Assembly: GCA_963771275.1 (NCBI GenBank)
Contig: CAVYSW010000003.1
Location: 768,001 to 832,000 of the forward strand
Length of the DNA stretch: 64,000 nt
Reading direction: 5' to 3'
DNA from: an uncultured Gemmatimonadales bacterium
GTDB lineage: Bacteria > Gemmatimonadota > Gemmatimonadetes > Gemmatimonadales > GWC2-71-9
Of the stretch, positions 28,476-38,503 are shown one piece after another. The translations under genes were made by a program, and so were the position numbers. The stretch's first letter is position 1. Every line of letters starts with the position of its first letter. Under the pieces are notes generated by a model. It was not told where the DNA came from. It saw only the letters and a program-made list of their open reading frames with translations, and made no database searches.

Positions 28476-29984
28476 TTGCCGCCGGCCACGGAGGGGAACG
28501 ACTCGACGCTGGGCGCGGTCGCCGAGGAGGCCCAGCGCGCGCTGCGCGCGCGGCCCTCCCTTTCGATCCGCAACCGGCTGACCGTCGGCTTCCTGCTGTG
28601 GTTCGCCTTGAGCCTCGGCATCACGCTGGTCTCGATCCTCCTGATCGGCCGCATCGAGACCAAGCTGCAGATCGTCGGGGCCGTCGACCGCTACACCTTC
28701 GAGATCCAGCAGGCCCGCCGCTTCGAGAAGAACTACTTCCTGTACCACACCAATCTGTTCGACGCCCTGGAGCAGGTGCGCGCCGCCCAGGCCATCCTCG
28801 AGCGGGAGAGCAGCAGCATGGCCGCGGTGATCGGCCAGGCGTCGGTGGACTCGATGCGGGTCCGGGTGCGCCGCTACGAGGAGCTGCTCGCGCAGCTCCA
28901 GCCGCTCGATCCGCTCACGGAGGCCGCCCGGATCGGCGAGATCGAGGCGGGCCTCCGGCGCTATGGAGCCGAGATGGTGGAGGTGGCCGAGGATCTGGCC
29001 ACCAAGGAACGGCACTCCGTGGATGCGATGCTGCGGATGTCGCAGCGTATCGCGGTGGCGTTTCTCGTCGTGCTGCTGCTCCTGATCATCCGGCTGGCCG
29101 CGTTCATCGCCCGGCAGATGCTCGCGCCACTCAACCGCATCATGCTCGCCACGCGCCGCATCGCGGAGGGGAACCTGACCCCCATCACGCCCAAGCGGCG
29201 ATACCGCGACGAGTTTTCGGAGCTGGCGCTGGCCATCAACTACATGATGCACGAGCTGGTGCGGCGCCAGGAGCTCCTCGTGCACACCCATAAGCTCAAG
29301 GCGATCGGCACCCTCACCGCCGGCGTGGCGCACGAGCTGAACAACCCGATCAACAACATCATGCTGACGGCCGCCGCGCTGCAGGAGGACTACGCGGAGC
29401 TCCCCGACGCGGAGCGGCTCGACATGGTGCGCGACATGGTGAGCGAGTCGGAGCGGGCCCGCGACATCGTGCGGAACCTGCTCGACTTCGCACGCCAGAG
29501 CGAGGTCGAGCTGACGCCGCTCGATGTCGAAGAGATCATCGGCGACACGCTGCAGCTGGCCGCCAACCACGTCAAGCTCGCCAAGGTGAAGGTACGGGGC
29601 GAGGTGGAAGAGAACTTGCCATCCGTCCACGGCGACCGGCATCAGTTGACGCAGGTGTTCCTCAACCTCGTGCTCAACGCGCTCGATGCCATGCCCGGCG
29701 GCGGGACACTGACCATCGCCGTGGCGAAGGCGGACGATCGGAACTTCATGGACATCGCGTTCAGCGACACCGGCGTGGGGATCCCCAAGCAATACCTGGG
29801 CAGCATCTTCGATCCGTTCTTCAGCTCGAAGAAGAACGCCAAAGGTACCGGCCTCGGCCTCAGCGTCTCCCTCGGCATCATCAACCAGCACGGCGGCACG
29901 ATTCGCGTGGCGAGCGAGGTGGGGAAAGGCACGACGTTCACGGTCTCCCTGCCGATCGCGCGCGTCCCGGCCGCGATTCCGTAG
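28476..29984 (+). CDS. Membrane sensor histidine kinase with HAMP domain
   Basis: Two TM helices flanking a periplasmic helical domain; AHELNNP, NLVLNA, DTGVG, FDPFF, GTGLGL. Start (TTG 28476) uncertain. Confidence 0.9.
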   Translation: MPPATEGNDSTLGAVAEEAQRALRARPSLSIRNRLTVGFLLWFALSLGITLVSILLIGRIETKLQIVGAVDRYTFEIQQARRFEKNYFLYHTNLFDALEQVRAAQAILERESSSMAAVIGQASVDSMRVRVRRYEELLAQLQPLDPLTEAARIGEIEAGLRRYGAEMVEVAEDLATKERHSVDAMLRMSQRIAVAFLVVLLLLIIRLAAFIARQMLAPLNRIMLATRRIAEGNLTPITPKRRYRDEFSELALAINYMMHELVRRQELLVHTHKLKAIGTLTAGVAHELNNPINNIMLTAAALQEDYAELPDAERLDMVRDMVSESERARDIVRNLLDFARQSEVELTPLDVEEIIGDTLQLAANHVKLAKVKVRGEVEENLPSVHGDRHQLTQVFLNLVLNALDAMPGGGTLTIAVAKADDRNFMDIAFSDTGVGIPKQYLGSIFDPFFSSKKNAKGTGLGLSVSLGIINQHGGTIRVASEVGKGTTFTVSLPIARVPAAIP

Positions 29985-30169
29985 CGCCGTCCCTCCGGCA
30001 CGCCGCGCCGCCTTGCCCCGGCAACCGGCTCCCGACAGCTTGGAGGACCCGGCGCGCAACCTGCAACGCGCGTTCGCCATCATCCTGCCGTGTATGGCCG
30101 CACACATGTGGGTTCACGGTCTGGCGCGACAAGGGACGGCGGGACGTGAGACCGGGAGGCGGCGGCGGC

Positions 30170-30470
30170 GTGAAACGGGTGTTGGTCGTCTGCACCGAGA
30201 ACGCCAACCGCCGCCGGATGGCGGAGGCGTTCGCCCGCATCCACGGCCGGGGCACGCTCGAGGCGGTGAGCGCCGGGTCCAGACCATCCGGGAAGATCAA
30301 TCCGCGCGCGGTCGCGGCAATGCGCGAGCGGGGCTACGACTTGTCGGGACACGCAACCAGGGGGCTCGGCGAAATCGGTTCCCGGCCCGTGGGACCATGT
30401 CATCACCCTGGGCTGCGGGGATGCCTGCCCATGGGTACCGGCCACCTACCGCGAGGATTGGACCTCCGCG
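30170..30470 (+). pseudogene. arsC: Degraded LMW-phosphatase-fold arsenate reductase
   Basis: VKRVLVVCTENANR (CX5R)...AEAFARIHG...SAGSRPSG; frameshift near 30380 to GPWDHVITLGCGDACPWVP...REDW; no recognisable DP motif afterwards. Confidence 0.75.
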
Positions 30471-30603
30471 GAGGCGCCGGCTTGCGGTGAGCGCCTGCCA
30501 CGGGGACTACGACCGCTCGCCGTTCGACGCGTCGACGAGCCCGTTCTTCATCTGCGAGCTCGTGCGCGGCGCCACGGCCCTCGACGCCTAGGGGGTATCC
30601 GCC

Positions 30604-31146
30604 ATGTCATCGAGTCTCGCAGCCCTGCTGGTCCTTCTTGCGGCGTTCGCCCTCGTCGCCACGGTGATTCTCGCCCTGCGGTACAACGACCTGCAGCGGA
30701 GCTTCACGGAGCGGCTCGAGCGCGACATCGCGACGTGGCGGCAGCATGAGCTCGCTGGCGCGCGGCAGCAGCTGGAGGCCCTGATCCGGCGGGAGGCGGC
30801 AGTCTCACTCGAGCAGTGGAAAGCCGAGCACACGGAGGCCGTGCGCCGCGACGCGATCCAGCGCAGCCAGGCGGTCACCGTCGGCAAGGTCTTCGAGCAG
30901 CTGGTGCCCTACCTGCCGGATTTTCGCTACAGCCCGAAGGACGCGCGGTTCCTCGGCACGCCGGTGGACTTCGTGGTGTTCGACGGCCTCGGTGAGGACC
31001 GCTGCGATCGGGTGGTCTTCATCGAGGTGAAGACCGGGGCGTCGTCCCTGAGCACGCGCGAGCGGCGGGTGCGGGACGCGATCGATGCCGGGCGCGTGAT
31101 CTGGCAGGAGCTGCGCCTGCCGGACGCCCACGTCGCGGACGGGTAG
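30604..31146 (+). CDS. Membrane-anchored Holliday-junction-resolvase-like PD-(D/E)XK endonuclease (Endonuc_Holl-like)
   Basis: N-terminal TM, coiled coil, EQLVPYLP, DARFLGTPVDFVVFDG, FIEVKTG. Confidence 0.85.
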   Translation: MSSSLAALLVLLAAFALVATVILALRYNDLQRSFTERLERDIATWRQHELAGARQQLEALIRREAAVSLEQWKAEHTEAVRRDAIQRSQAVTVGKVFEQLVPYLPDFRYSPKDARFLGTPVDFVVFDGLGEDRCDRVVFIEVKTGASSLSTRERRVRDAIDAGRVIWQELRLPDAHVADG

Positions 31147-31178
31147 GTGTTTCGGCACGCCGCCCGCGCGACAGACCG

Positions 31179-32288
31179 CTATCGCGCCCGGAGCGTCACC
31201 CGCAGCAGCTCGCTCGGCCGCCACAGGCGCATGCGCGGTCCCCACGTGCCGGCGCCGCGCGACACGATGACCGGCATGCCGTCCACGTCATAGCGCCCCC
31301 CCATCAGCGGGTACCTGCCGCGCACGAAGTAGCCGAACGGCCAGATCTGCCCGCCATGGGTGTGCGCGGCAAGCATGAGCCCGACTCCGGCTCGCGCCGC
31401 GACGCCGGCCTCCCACGGGGTGTGGGAGAGCAAGATGGTCGCACCGGCCGGCCGATCGGCGAGCGCGCGCATCACGGGATCACCCTGGCCGCGATCGCGC
31501 CGCGCCGTGAGGTCCTCCACGCCGGCGAGGACGAGCCCGGGGCGGACCTCCGCCCAGCGGTCGCGCAGGACCTGAAAGCCGGCGTCTTCGAGCAGCCGCA
31601 CGCTCGAATCCAGACCCGCGTAGACCTCGTGATTGCCGGTGACCGCCCACACGCCCAGCGGTGCGGACAGCCTGCGGAACACCGGGAGGAGGTTGTCGGC
31701 GCCGCCATCATTGGCGTCGCCCTCCATCACGTCGCCCAGCACCACGACCAGGTCCGGCTCGAGCGCCTCGACCTGGGCGACCCGCGCCGCAAGCCATCGA
31801 GCGCCCACCCACCGGCCCAGGTGAAAATCCGACACCGCGACGAGCACGGTCCCGTCCAGCTCGGCCGGCAGGCCGGCCAGGCGCTCCTCGTAGCTCCGCA
31901 CCACCGGCGGGCGCACGCCCTGCAGCACCGCCACGGCGCTCAGCGCGCCACTCGCGAGCAGTGCCCACGCCCGGAGCCGCGGCACCAGCCGGCGGAAGAC
32001 CAGCCCGAACACGGTGACAGCATCCACGAGAAGCAGCAGCGCGGACATGAAGAACAGCAGCGGAATCCAGTCCCACGCGATCATCTCCAGCGGCCCCGCG
32101 ACGATGCCGGCCCCGACGCGGTCCGCCAGCCGCGCGAGGATCACCCCCATCCAGAGCAATACCGCCACGCCGATGAGCAGCCAGCGGGGCACGCAGCGCG
32201 CGATGACCGGCACGCCTCCGACGCGCCAAATCACGTAGACGTGGAGCAGGGTCCAGAGTCCGAGAACCAGTGGCAGCGAATGGAACAT
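31179..32288 (-). CDS. Membrane-bound metallophosphoesterase (YkuE-like)
   Basis: Four N-terminal TMs; SDFH, GD, GNHE, SHTP, HTHGGQ. Confidence 0.9.
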   Translation of the reverse strand: MFHSLPLVLGLWTLLHVYVIWRVGGVPVIARCVPRWLLIGVAVLLWMGVILARLADRVGAGIVAGPLEMIAWDWIPLLFFMSALLLLVDAVTVFGLVFRRLVPRLRAWALLASGALSAVAVLQGVRPPVVRSYEERLAGLPAELDGTVLVAVSDFHLGRWVGARWLAARVAQVEALEPDLVVVLGDVMEGDANDGGADNLLPVFRRLSAPLGVWAVTGNHEVYAGLDSSVRLLEDAGFQVLRDRWAEVRPGLVLAGVEDLTARRDRGQGDPVMRALADRPAGATILLSHTPWEAGVAARAGVGLMLAAHTHGGQIWPFGYFVRGRYPLMGGRYDVDGMPVIVSRGAGTWGPRMRLWRPSELLRVTLRAR

Positions 32289-32492
32289 GCTCGTCTCATC
32301 GTCCTCGCCGAATGGACCAGCTGCGCACAATCTCGCCGGGCGCCGCACCTGCTGCCTCAAAGTTGACGCAGCGCACCGCGCGGCGCACGGAGCGCCCGGT
32401 TGCACACCGCGGTCACGTGGAGCAGCTTATGCGGCGCCGGCAACCGTGCCGCGTAGAGGCTTCACCTGGAGCGCCCCTCCGAGGAGTGTCCG

Positions 32493-35126
32493 ATGATCCT
32501 GATCGGGAAGCGCCGTCCAAGTCCCGCGCTCGTCCTGCTCGCCCTCGCGATCGGCGGCGTGGCCGTCGGGCCGCGCCCGTCCGTGGCGCAGGGCTCGCAG
32601 ATCGCGTCACCCGAGACGTTCTTCGGGTTCCAGATGGGCGCGGACCGCCAGATGGCCCGCTGGGACCGGATGGTCGAGTATTACCAGCTGCTCGAGAAGA
32701 CGAGCCCCATGGTCAAGGTCGTGAACATGGGCCCCAGCACCATGGGGAGCCCGTTCCTGCTGGTGATCATCTCGGCGCCCGCCAACATCGCCCGGCTCGA
32801 GGAGCTGCGGCAGGTCAACGCCAAGATCAGCGATCCCCGCGGCGTTCCGGAGGCCGAGATCCGCAAGCTCGTGGCACAGGGCCGCGCGGTGATCGTGCAG
32901 TCGATGAGCCTCCACGCCACGGAGATCGGCGGCAGCCAGATGGCGCCGGAGCTGGCCTACGACCTGATCACGCGCACCGACGACGAGGCGCAGCGCATCC
33001 TCGACAACGTGATCTTCCTCATGGTGCCGAGCTTCAATCCCGACGGCCAGATCATGGTCACCGACTGGTACCGCAAGACGCTCGGCACGGGCTATGAGGG
33101 CGTGGGCTACCCGTCGCTCTACCACAAGTACGCCGGCCACGACAACAATCGCGACGCGTTCCAGACCAATCTGGTCGAGTCCCAGTACATGGCGAAGATC
33201 ATGTTCCGGGACTGGAAGCCCCAGGCCTACATCGACCATCATCACATGGGGAGCTACGGCGCGCGGATCTACGTGCCCCCCTACGCGGACCCCGTACGCC
33301 CGTTCGCCGACCCGCTGGTGTGGCGCGAAATGAGCTGGTACGGCGCCCACATCGCCTACAAGGAAGAGGAAGATGGCCTGTCGGGCGTGCTCAACGTGGC
33401 GCAGTACTCGGGCTGGGGCCACTTCGGGTTCCACTGGATCACGCCGTTCCACAACATCGCCGGGATGCTCACGGAGTCCGCCAGCGCGCGGCTGGCGACG
33501 CCGCTGTTCATCCACCCCGATCAACTCCGTGGCGGCGCGCGTGGGCTCCCGGCCTACGAGGAGCAGACCACGTTCCCCGACCCGTGGCCCGGCGGCTGGT
33601 GGCGGCTGCGCGACATCGTCGAGCGGCAGAAGACGTCGGCCTGGGCCGCGCTCGACCTGGCCGCCCGGAACCGCGAGACCGTGCTGTGGAACGCGTACCT
33701 CAAGGCCAAGCGGCAGACCGAGCGCGGCGCCGCCGGCAAGCCCGCCGCCTACGTCATTCCGGCGGCGCAGCACGACCCACTCACCGCCGCCAAGCTGGTG
33801 AACCAGCTGCTCGTGCAGGGGGTCGAGGTCCTGCAAGCGCCCCGGGAGTTCACGCACGAAGGAATGGTCTACGGCCCCGGTTCGTTCGTCGTCTCGATGG
33901 CGCAGCCCAAGATGGGCGTGATCCGCTGGCTCCTGGGCCGCACGTTCTATCCCGACAACAGTTTCACGCGCGACGGCGACGGCAACCCGATCCGGCCGTA
34001 CGACATGGCGGCGGACGTGATGGCCGAGTTCATGGGGGTGCGCGTGGATCCGGTGGATGCCGCGGTGCAGGGCGACCTGGTCACCCTGACGGCGTCGCTC
34101 GCGCCCGCGGGCGCCGTGACCAAGGGGCGCACCGGCTATGTGCTGGACGGCCGCCTCAACGACGCGTTTCACGCGGTGAACCTGTTGTTCGACCGGGGCG
34201 TCGCGGTCCGCCGCGTGGACCAGCCGACGGATCCGAGCGTCCGTGCGGGCGACTTTCTCGTGCCCGGCGGCTCGGACGCCGTGATCGCGGACGTCGCGAA
34301 AGCGACGGGGGTGGATTTCGCCGCCTTCGCGGGCGACGCCGCGCGGGGCAGCCATGCGCTCCGACGGCTGCGGCTCGGCATGTATCAGCGCTACTACGGC
34401 GGCAACATCGACGAAGGATGGACCCGCCTGATGCTCGAGCAGTTCGGCTTCCCGTACGCCACGCTGATGGACGCCGACATCAAGGCCGGCAAGCTCGCGG
34501 AGCGGTACGACGTCATCATCCTCCCGGCCGACAACGTGGCGATGCTGACCGGGGAGCGGACGGCGGGCGGGAGCGGCCGTGGCGGTGGGCGGCCGACCGA
34601 GACGTATCCACCCGAGTACCGCAGCGGGTTCGGCCAGGACGGGGTCGAGGCCCTGCGGAGCTTCGTGCAGCAGGGCGGCACGCTGCTCACGTTCGGGGAG
34701 GCGGGCTCGCTCCCGATCGAGCGGTTCGGGCTGCCGCTCCGGAACGCCGTCGCGGACCGGCCGTCCACGGAGTTCTGGTGCCCGGGCTCCACGCTCAGGG
34801 TGCACGTCGCGGACACGAGCCCGCTCGGGTACGGCATGCCGGCCGAGGGCCTCGCGGTGTTTCTCGCCAACAGCCAGGCCTACGAGATCGTCCCCACCGA
34901 CCGGAACGATCGGGTGCAGACGATCGTGACGTTCCCCGAGCGCGATCTCCTGCAGAGCGGCTGGCTGCTCGGGGAACAGGTGATCGCCAAGAAAGCGGCG
35001 ATGGTATCGGTGCAGGTCGAGAAGGGGAGGGTCGTCTTGATCGGCTTCCGGGCACAGCACCGCGATCAGACGCACGGCACCTTCAAGCTGGTGTTCAACG
35101 CGCTGGTGAGCGGACCGGAGACGTAG
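32493..35126 (+). CDS. Secreted M14 zinc carboxypeptidase family protein
   Basis: Signal peptide; LHATE, NPDG, DNNRD, DHH; C-terminal DEGWTR...FGFP region. Confidence 0.9.
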   Translation: MILIGKRRPSPALVLLALAIGGVAVGPRPSVAQGSQIASPETFFGFQMGADRQMARWDRMVEYYQLLEKTSPMVKVVNMGPSTMGSPFLLVIISAPANIARLEELRQVNAKISDPRGVPEAEIRKLVAQGRAVIVQSMSLHATEIGGSQMAPELAYDLITRTDDEAQRILDNVIFLMVPSFNPDGQIMVTDWYRKTLGTGYEGVGYPSLYHKYAGHDNNRDAFQTNLVESQYMAKIMFRDWKPQAYIDHHHMGSYGARIYVPPYADPVRPFADPLVWREMSWYGAHIAYKEEEDGLSGVLNVAQYSGWGHFGFHWITPFHNIAGMLTESASARLATPLFIHPDQLRGGARGLPAYEEQTTFPDPWPGGWWRLRDIVERQKTSAWAALDLAARNRETVLWNAYLKAKRQTERGAAGKPAAYVIPAAQHDPLTAAKLVNQLLVQGVEVLQAPREFTHEGMVYGPGSFVVSMAQPKMGVIRWLLGRTFYPDNSFTRDGDGNPIRPYDMAADVMAEFMGVRVDPVDAAVQGDLVTLTASLAPAGAVTKGRTGYVLDGRLNDAFHAVNLLFDRGVAVRRVDQPTDPSVRAGDFLVPGGSDAVIADVAKATGVDFAAFAGDAARGSHALRRLRLGMYQRYYGGNIDEGWTRLMLEQFGFPYATLMDADIKAGKLAERYDVIILPADNVAMLTGERTAGGSGRGGGRPTETYPPEYRSGFGQDGVEALRSFVQQGGTLLTFGEAGSLPIERFGLPLRNAVADRPSTEFWCPGSTLRVHVADTSPLGYGMPAEGLAVFLANSQAYEIVPTDRNDRVQTIVTFPERDLLQSGWLLGEQVIAKKAAMVSVQVEKGRVVLIGFRAQHRDQTHGTFKLVFNALVSGPET

Positions 35127-35137
35127 GCGGTCTCCTC

Positions 35138-36078
35138 CTACTCCTCCACGACCTTCGCGAGCAGCCAGCGGCGCGGATCGATCACCACGCGTGTGGGCCT
35201 GGCGGGCGAGTGGAAGTGGAACGTGGCCGTGGCGTCGCTCAGCTGCACGCGTTCGCGTCTGAGCCCCGCAGCCGCCTCGATGCCGATTTCGAGCGGCAGG
35301 TGATAGAGGTGTCCGGTCTGGCGGACCGTCAGCGACACCTGGTACTCCCCGCCGGCCGGCGCGATCGCGGCGTGCCACGCCAGCTCGGGCACGACGCCCC
35401 GGTCGAGCCACTCGTCACGCCACCAGGCGAGGGACTGGCCGGCGCCCTCGGCGAGCGTGGCGACGAACTCGTCGAGCGTGAACCAGCGAAACCGCCAGCG
35501 CTCAAACAGCAGCCGCACCGCCGCGTCGAAGGCGCCGTCCCCCACGGCGAAGCGGAGTAGGTGCATCGTCCATGGCGGCCGGCCGGGTACGACGTTCTCC
35601 CCGAACCCCACGATCCATTGATAGCTCCCCGGCCCCCGGCCGGCGATGCGTCCAGTCGTCGAAATCAGCGAGGTAGAACCGGTCGGACCAGAGCAGAAAC
35701 AGGCTGCTGTCGGCGATCACCGGCCGGGCTTCGCCGTCGCTCTGGCCCGGCGCGCCGGCGAGCGTGAAGACCAGCCGCTCGTCGGCCTCGGCCCGCGCCA
35801 CTTCACCGTGATCGTGCCCGACTCCCGGGTACAGTCGGCGAGGAGAAACGTGAATGCCGCTCCCCGGGAGGGGTTGGCGATCTCGAGGGTCGCCTGACCT
35901 CGAGCCGCCGCGTGCGAATATCCGGCCGGATGATCAGCTCGGTGCGGCGAATGTCGGGTGCCGGCGGCGGGGCCGTGGGCGCGCGGAGGGGGGCGCCCGA
36001 CGGCGGCGGCAGCGCGCAGGCGAGCGCCGCAGCCAGGATTCCGCGTCGTGGGGCGAGTCGATTGCCGAGTGCGGTCAT
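35138..36078 (-). pseudogene. Fragmented M1 aminopeptidase-like gene (at least three frame changes, catalytic core missing)
   Basis: Signal-like start and beta-rich N-domain pieces across frames; C-part WTMHLLRFAVGDGAF...EWLDRGVVP...VVIDPRRWLL resembles the M1 C-terminus; no HEXXH in between. Confidence 0.65.
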
Positions 36079-36337
36079 GCGGACGGTCTCTCTCCGCGCA
36101 GTCGGGCCGCCATTGCTCCCGGGACCCGCCGCATGATCGCCCGGCGGCCGGTTCGGCACCACCCGACTCGGCCGTTGGCCTCCCCCGTTCCCGGCCCACG
36201 CAACGTGACGACCCGATATCTTCCGTCCGCGGCGGTCCGCGAGACGCCGGCCGCCGAAGGTCGTATCCGTGACATTCGCGCATCGGAGGGCGCGGCGCAG
36301 GCCCCGCTCGCCGCGCTCAGTGGGGAGAGCCTCCAGC

Positions 36338-38473
36338 ATGATCACGCACCGCCCCCTGGCGATCGCCCTGACCCTCACGCTGGTCAGCTGCGGTCGCGGC
36401 ACGACCGCGGGCGCCGCCCGCTTCACCAACGACAACCCGTTCGCCACCGCCAGCACGCTGCTCGACCAGGCACCACCGTTCGACCGGATCCACGATGCCG
36501 ACTACCAGCCGGCGCTCGAGGAAGGCATGCGCCGGCAGCTCGCGGAGATCGCCGCGATCACCGCCGACACGGCGGCACCCACGTTCGACAACACCCTCGT
36601 CGCCCTCGAGCGCTCCGGCACGCTGCTCGCGCGCGTTTCGAAGGTGTTCAACGCCGTGACCCAGGCGAACACCGACGATACGCTGCAGCGGGTGCTGACT
36701 GAAGAGGCGCCCAGACTCGCCGCGCATTTCGATGCCATTCACCTCAATGACACCTTGTTCCAGCGCGTTCGGAGCCTGTACGATCGGCGTGCCGACCTCG
36801 GTCTCGACTCGGTCCAGCGATTTCTGGCCGAGCGATACTACCGGGATTTCGTTCGCGCCGGCGCCCTGCTCTCAGACTCCGGAAAGGTGCGCCTGCGCGC
36901 TCTCAACCAGGAGGAGTCGACGCTCACCACCGCGTTCCGCAACCGCCTGCTCGCGGGGACCAGGGCCGCGGCGCTGGTCATCGGGGACTCGACGCAGCTC
37001 GACGGCCTGAGTGACGCCTCGATTGCGGCGGCGGCCGCGGCCGCGCAGCAGCGCGGTCTCGACGGCCAGTGGGTGCTGCCGCTGCAGAACACGACGCAGC
37101 AGCCCGCGCAGGCGGCGCTGCGCGACCGCGCGGTGCGGGAGCGGCTGTTCCGGGCGTCGACGACGCGGGCCGAGCAGGGCGACAGCAACGACACCCGCGC
37201 GATCGTGACGCGGCTCGCGCAGCTGCGGGCCGAGCGCGCCAGGCTGCTCGGCTTTGGCGATTACGCCGCCTACGTCCTCGACGATGAAATGGCGCGGACG
37301 CCGCAGGCGGCGATCACGCTGCTGACCGACCTGGTGCCCGCCGCCGCCGCGAGAGCCCGCAGCGAAGCGGCGAAGATGCAGGCGCTGGTCGACCGGGAGC
37401 ACGGCGGCTTCACGCTCGCGCCCTGGGACTGGCAGTACTACGCGGAGCAGGTGCGCAAAGCCGAGTACGCGCTGGACGACTCGCAGCTCAAGCCCTATTT
37501 CGAGCTCGATCGCGTGTTGCGGGATGGGGTCTTCTTCGCCGCGCAGCAGCTCTACGGCCTGACGTTCCGGGAGCGCAAGGATCTCCCGGTTTACCAGCCG
37601 GATGTCCGGGTCTTCGAGGTGCTGGACGCCGACTCCACCCCGCTGGGCCTGTGGTACTGCGACTACTTCAAGCGCGACAACAAGGGCGGCGGCGCGTGGG
37701 AGGACACGTTCGTCGACGGCAGCGGGCTGATGGGCACCAGGCCCGTCGTCTACAACGTCGCCAACTTCACCAAGCCCGCCGCCGGCCAGCCGGCCCTGCT
37801 GACGCCCGACGACGTCGCGACGATGTTCCACGAGTTCGGGCACGCGCTCCACGCGCTCCTCACGCAAGTCGAGTACCCGCGGCTCGCCGGTACCAACGTG
37901 CCGACCGATTTCGTGGAGCTGCCGTCGCAGCTCAACGAGCACTGGGCGCTCGACGCCGCGGTACTCGCGCACTACGCCAGACACTACCAGACCGGTCAGC
38001 CGATGCCGCAGGCGCTGGTCGACAAGATCCGGAAGGCGCACACCTTCAATCAGGGATTCACCACCACGGAGTACGTCGCCGCCGCGCTGCTCGACATGGC
38101 GTGGCATACCCTCCCGGTGGGGCCGGAGCAGCCCGACGTCGACGCGTTCGAGGCAACGGCGTTGCGGCGCTACCGCGTGGATCTGCCGCTGATCCCGCCG
38201 CGCTACCGCACCACCTACTTCGCGCACATCTGGAGCGGGGGATACGCCGCGACCTACTACGCGTACATCTGGAGCGAGGTGCTGGATGACGACGCGCACG
38301 CCTGGTTCGCCGAGCACGGCGGCATGACCCGGGCCAACGGCCAGCGGTTCCGTGACATGATCCTGTCGCGCGGAGGGACGAGCGACGTCGGCGCGATGTA
38401 CCGCGCGTTCCGTGGACGCGATCCGGTGATCGGACCGCTGCTCGAGGAGCGGGGCCTCACCGGGGGCCGATGA
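36338..38473 (+). CDS. dcp: M3 family peptidyl-dipeptidase, lipoprotein
   Basis: Lipobox LVSC; NPF, NTTQQP, KGGGAW, FHEFGH, DFVELPSQ, PPRYRTTYFAHI. Confidence 0.9.
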   Translation: MITHRPLAIALTLTLVSCGRGTTAGAARFTNDNPFATASTLLDQAPPFDRIHDADYQPALEEGMRRQLAEIAAITADTAAPTFDNTLVALERSGTLLARVSKVFNAVTQANTDDTLQRVLTEEAPRLAAHFDAIHLNDTLFQRVRSLYDRRADLGLDSVQRFLAERYYRDFVRAGALLSDSGKVRLRALNQEESTLTTAFRNRLLAGTRAAALVIGDSTQLDGLSDASIAAAAAAAQQRGLDGQWVLPLQNTTQQPAQAALRDRAVRERLFRASTTRAEQGDSNDTRAIVTRLAQLRAERARLLGFGDYAAYVLDDEMARTPQAAITLLTDLVPAAAARARSEAAKMQALVDREHGGFTLAPWDWQYYAEQVRKAEYALDDSQLKPYFELDRVLRDGVFFAAQQLYGLTFRERKDLPVYQPDVRVFEVLDADSTPLGLWYCDYFKRDNKGGGAWEDTFVDGSGLMGTRPVVYNVANFTKPAAGQPALLTPDDVATMFHEFGHALHALLTQVEYPRLAGTNVPTDFVELPSQLNEHWALDAAVLAHYARHYQTGQPMPQALVDKIRKAHTFNQGFTTTEYVAAALLDMAWHTLPVGPEQPDVDAFEATALRRYRVDLPLIPPRYRTTYFAHIWSGGYAATYYAYIWSEVLDDDAHAWFAEHGGMTRANGQRFRDMILSRGGTSDVGAMYRAFRGRDPVIGPLLEERGLTGGR

Positions 38474-38503
38474 AGGCGCGGCGGTGAGCTCCGGGCGGCT
38501 CCC

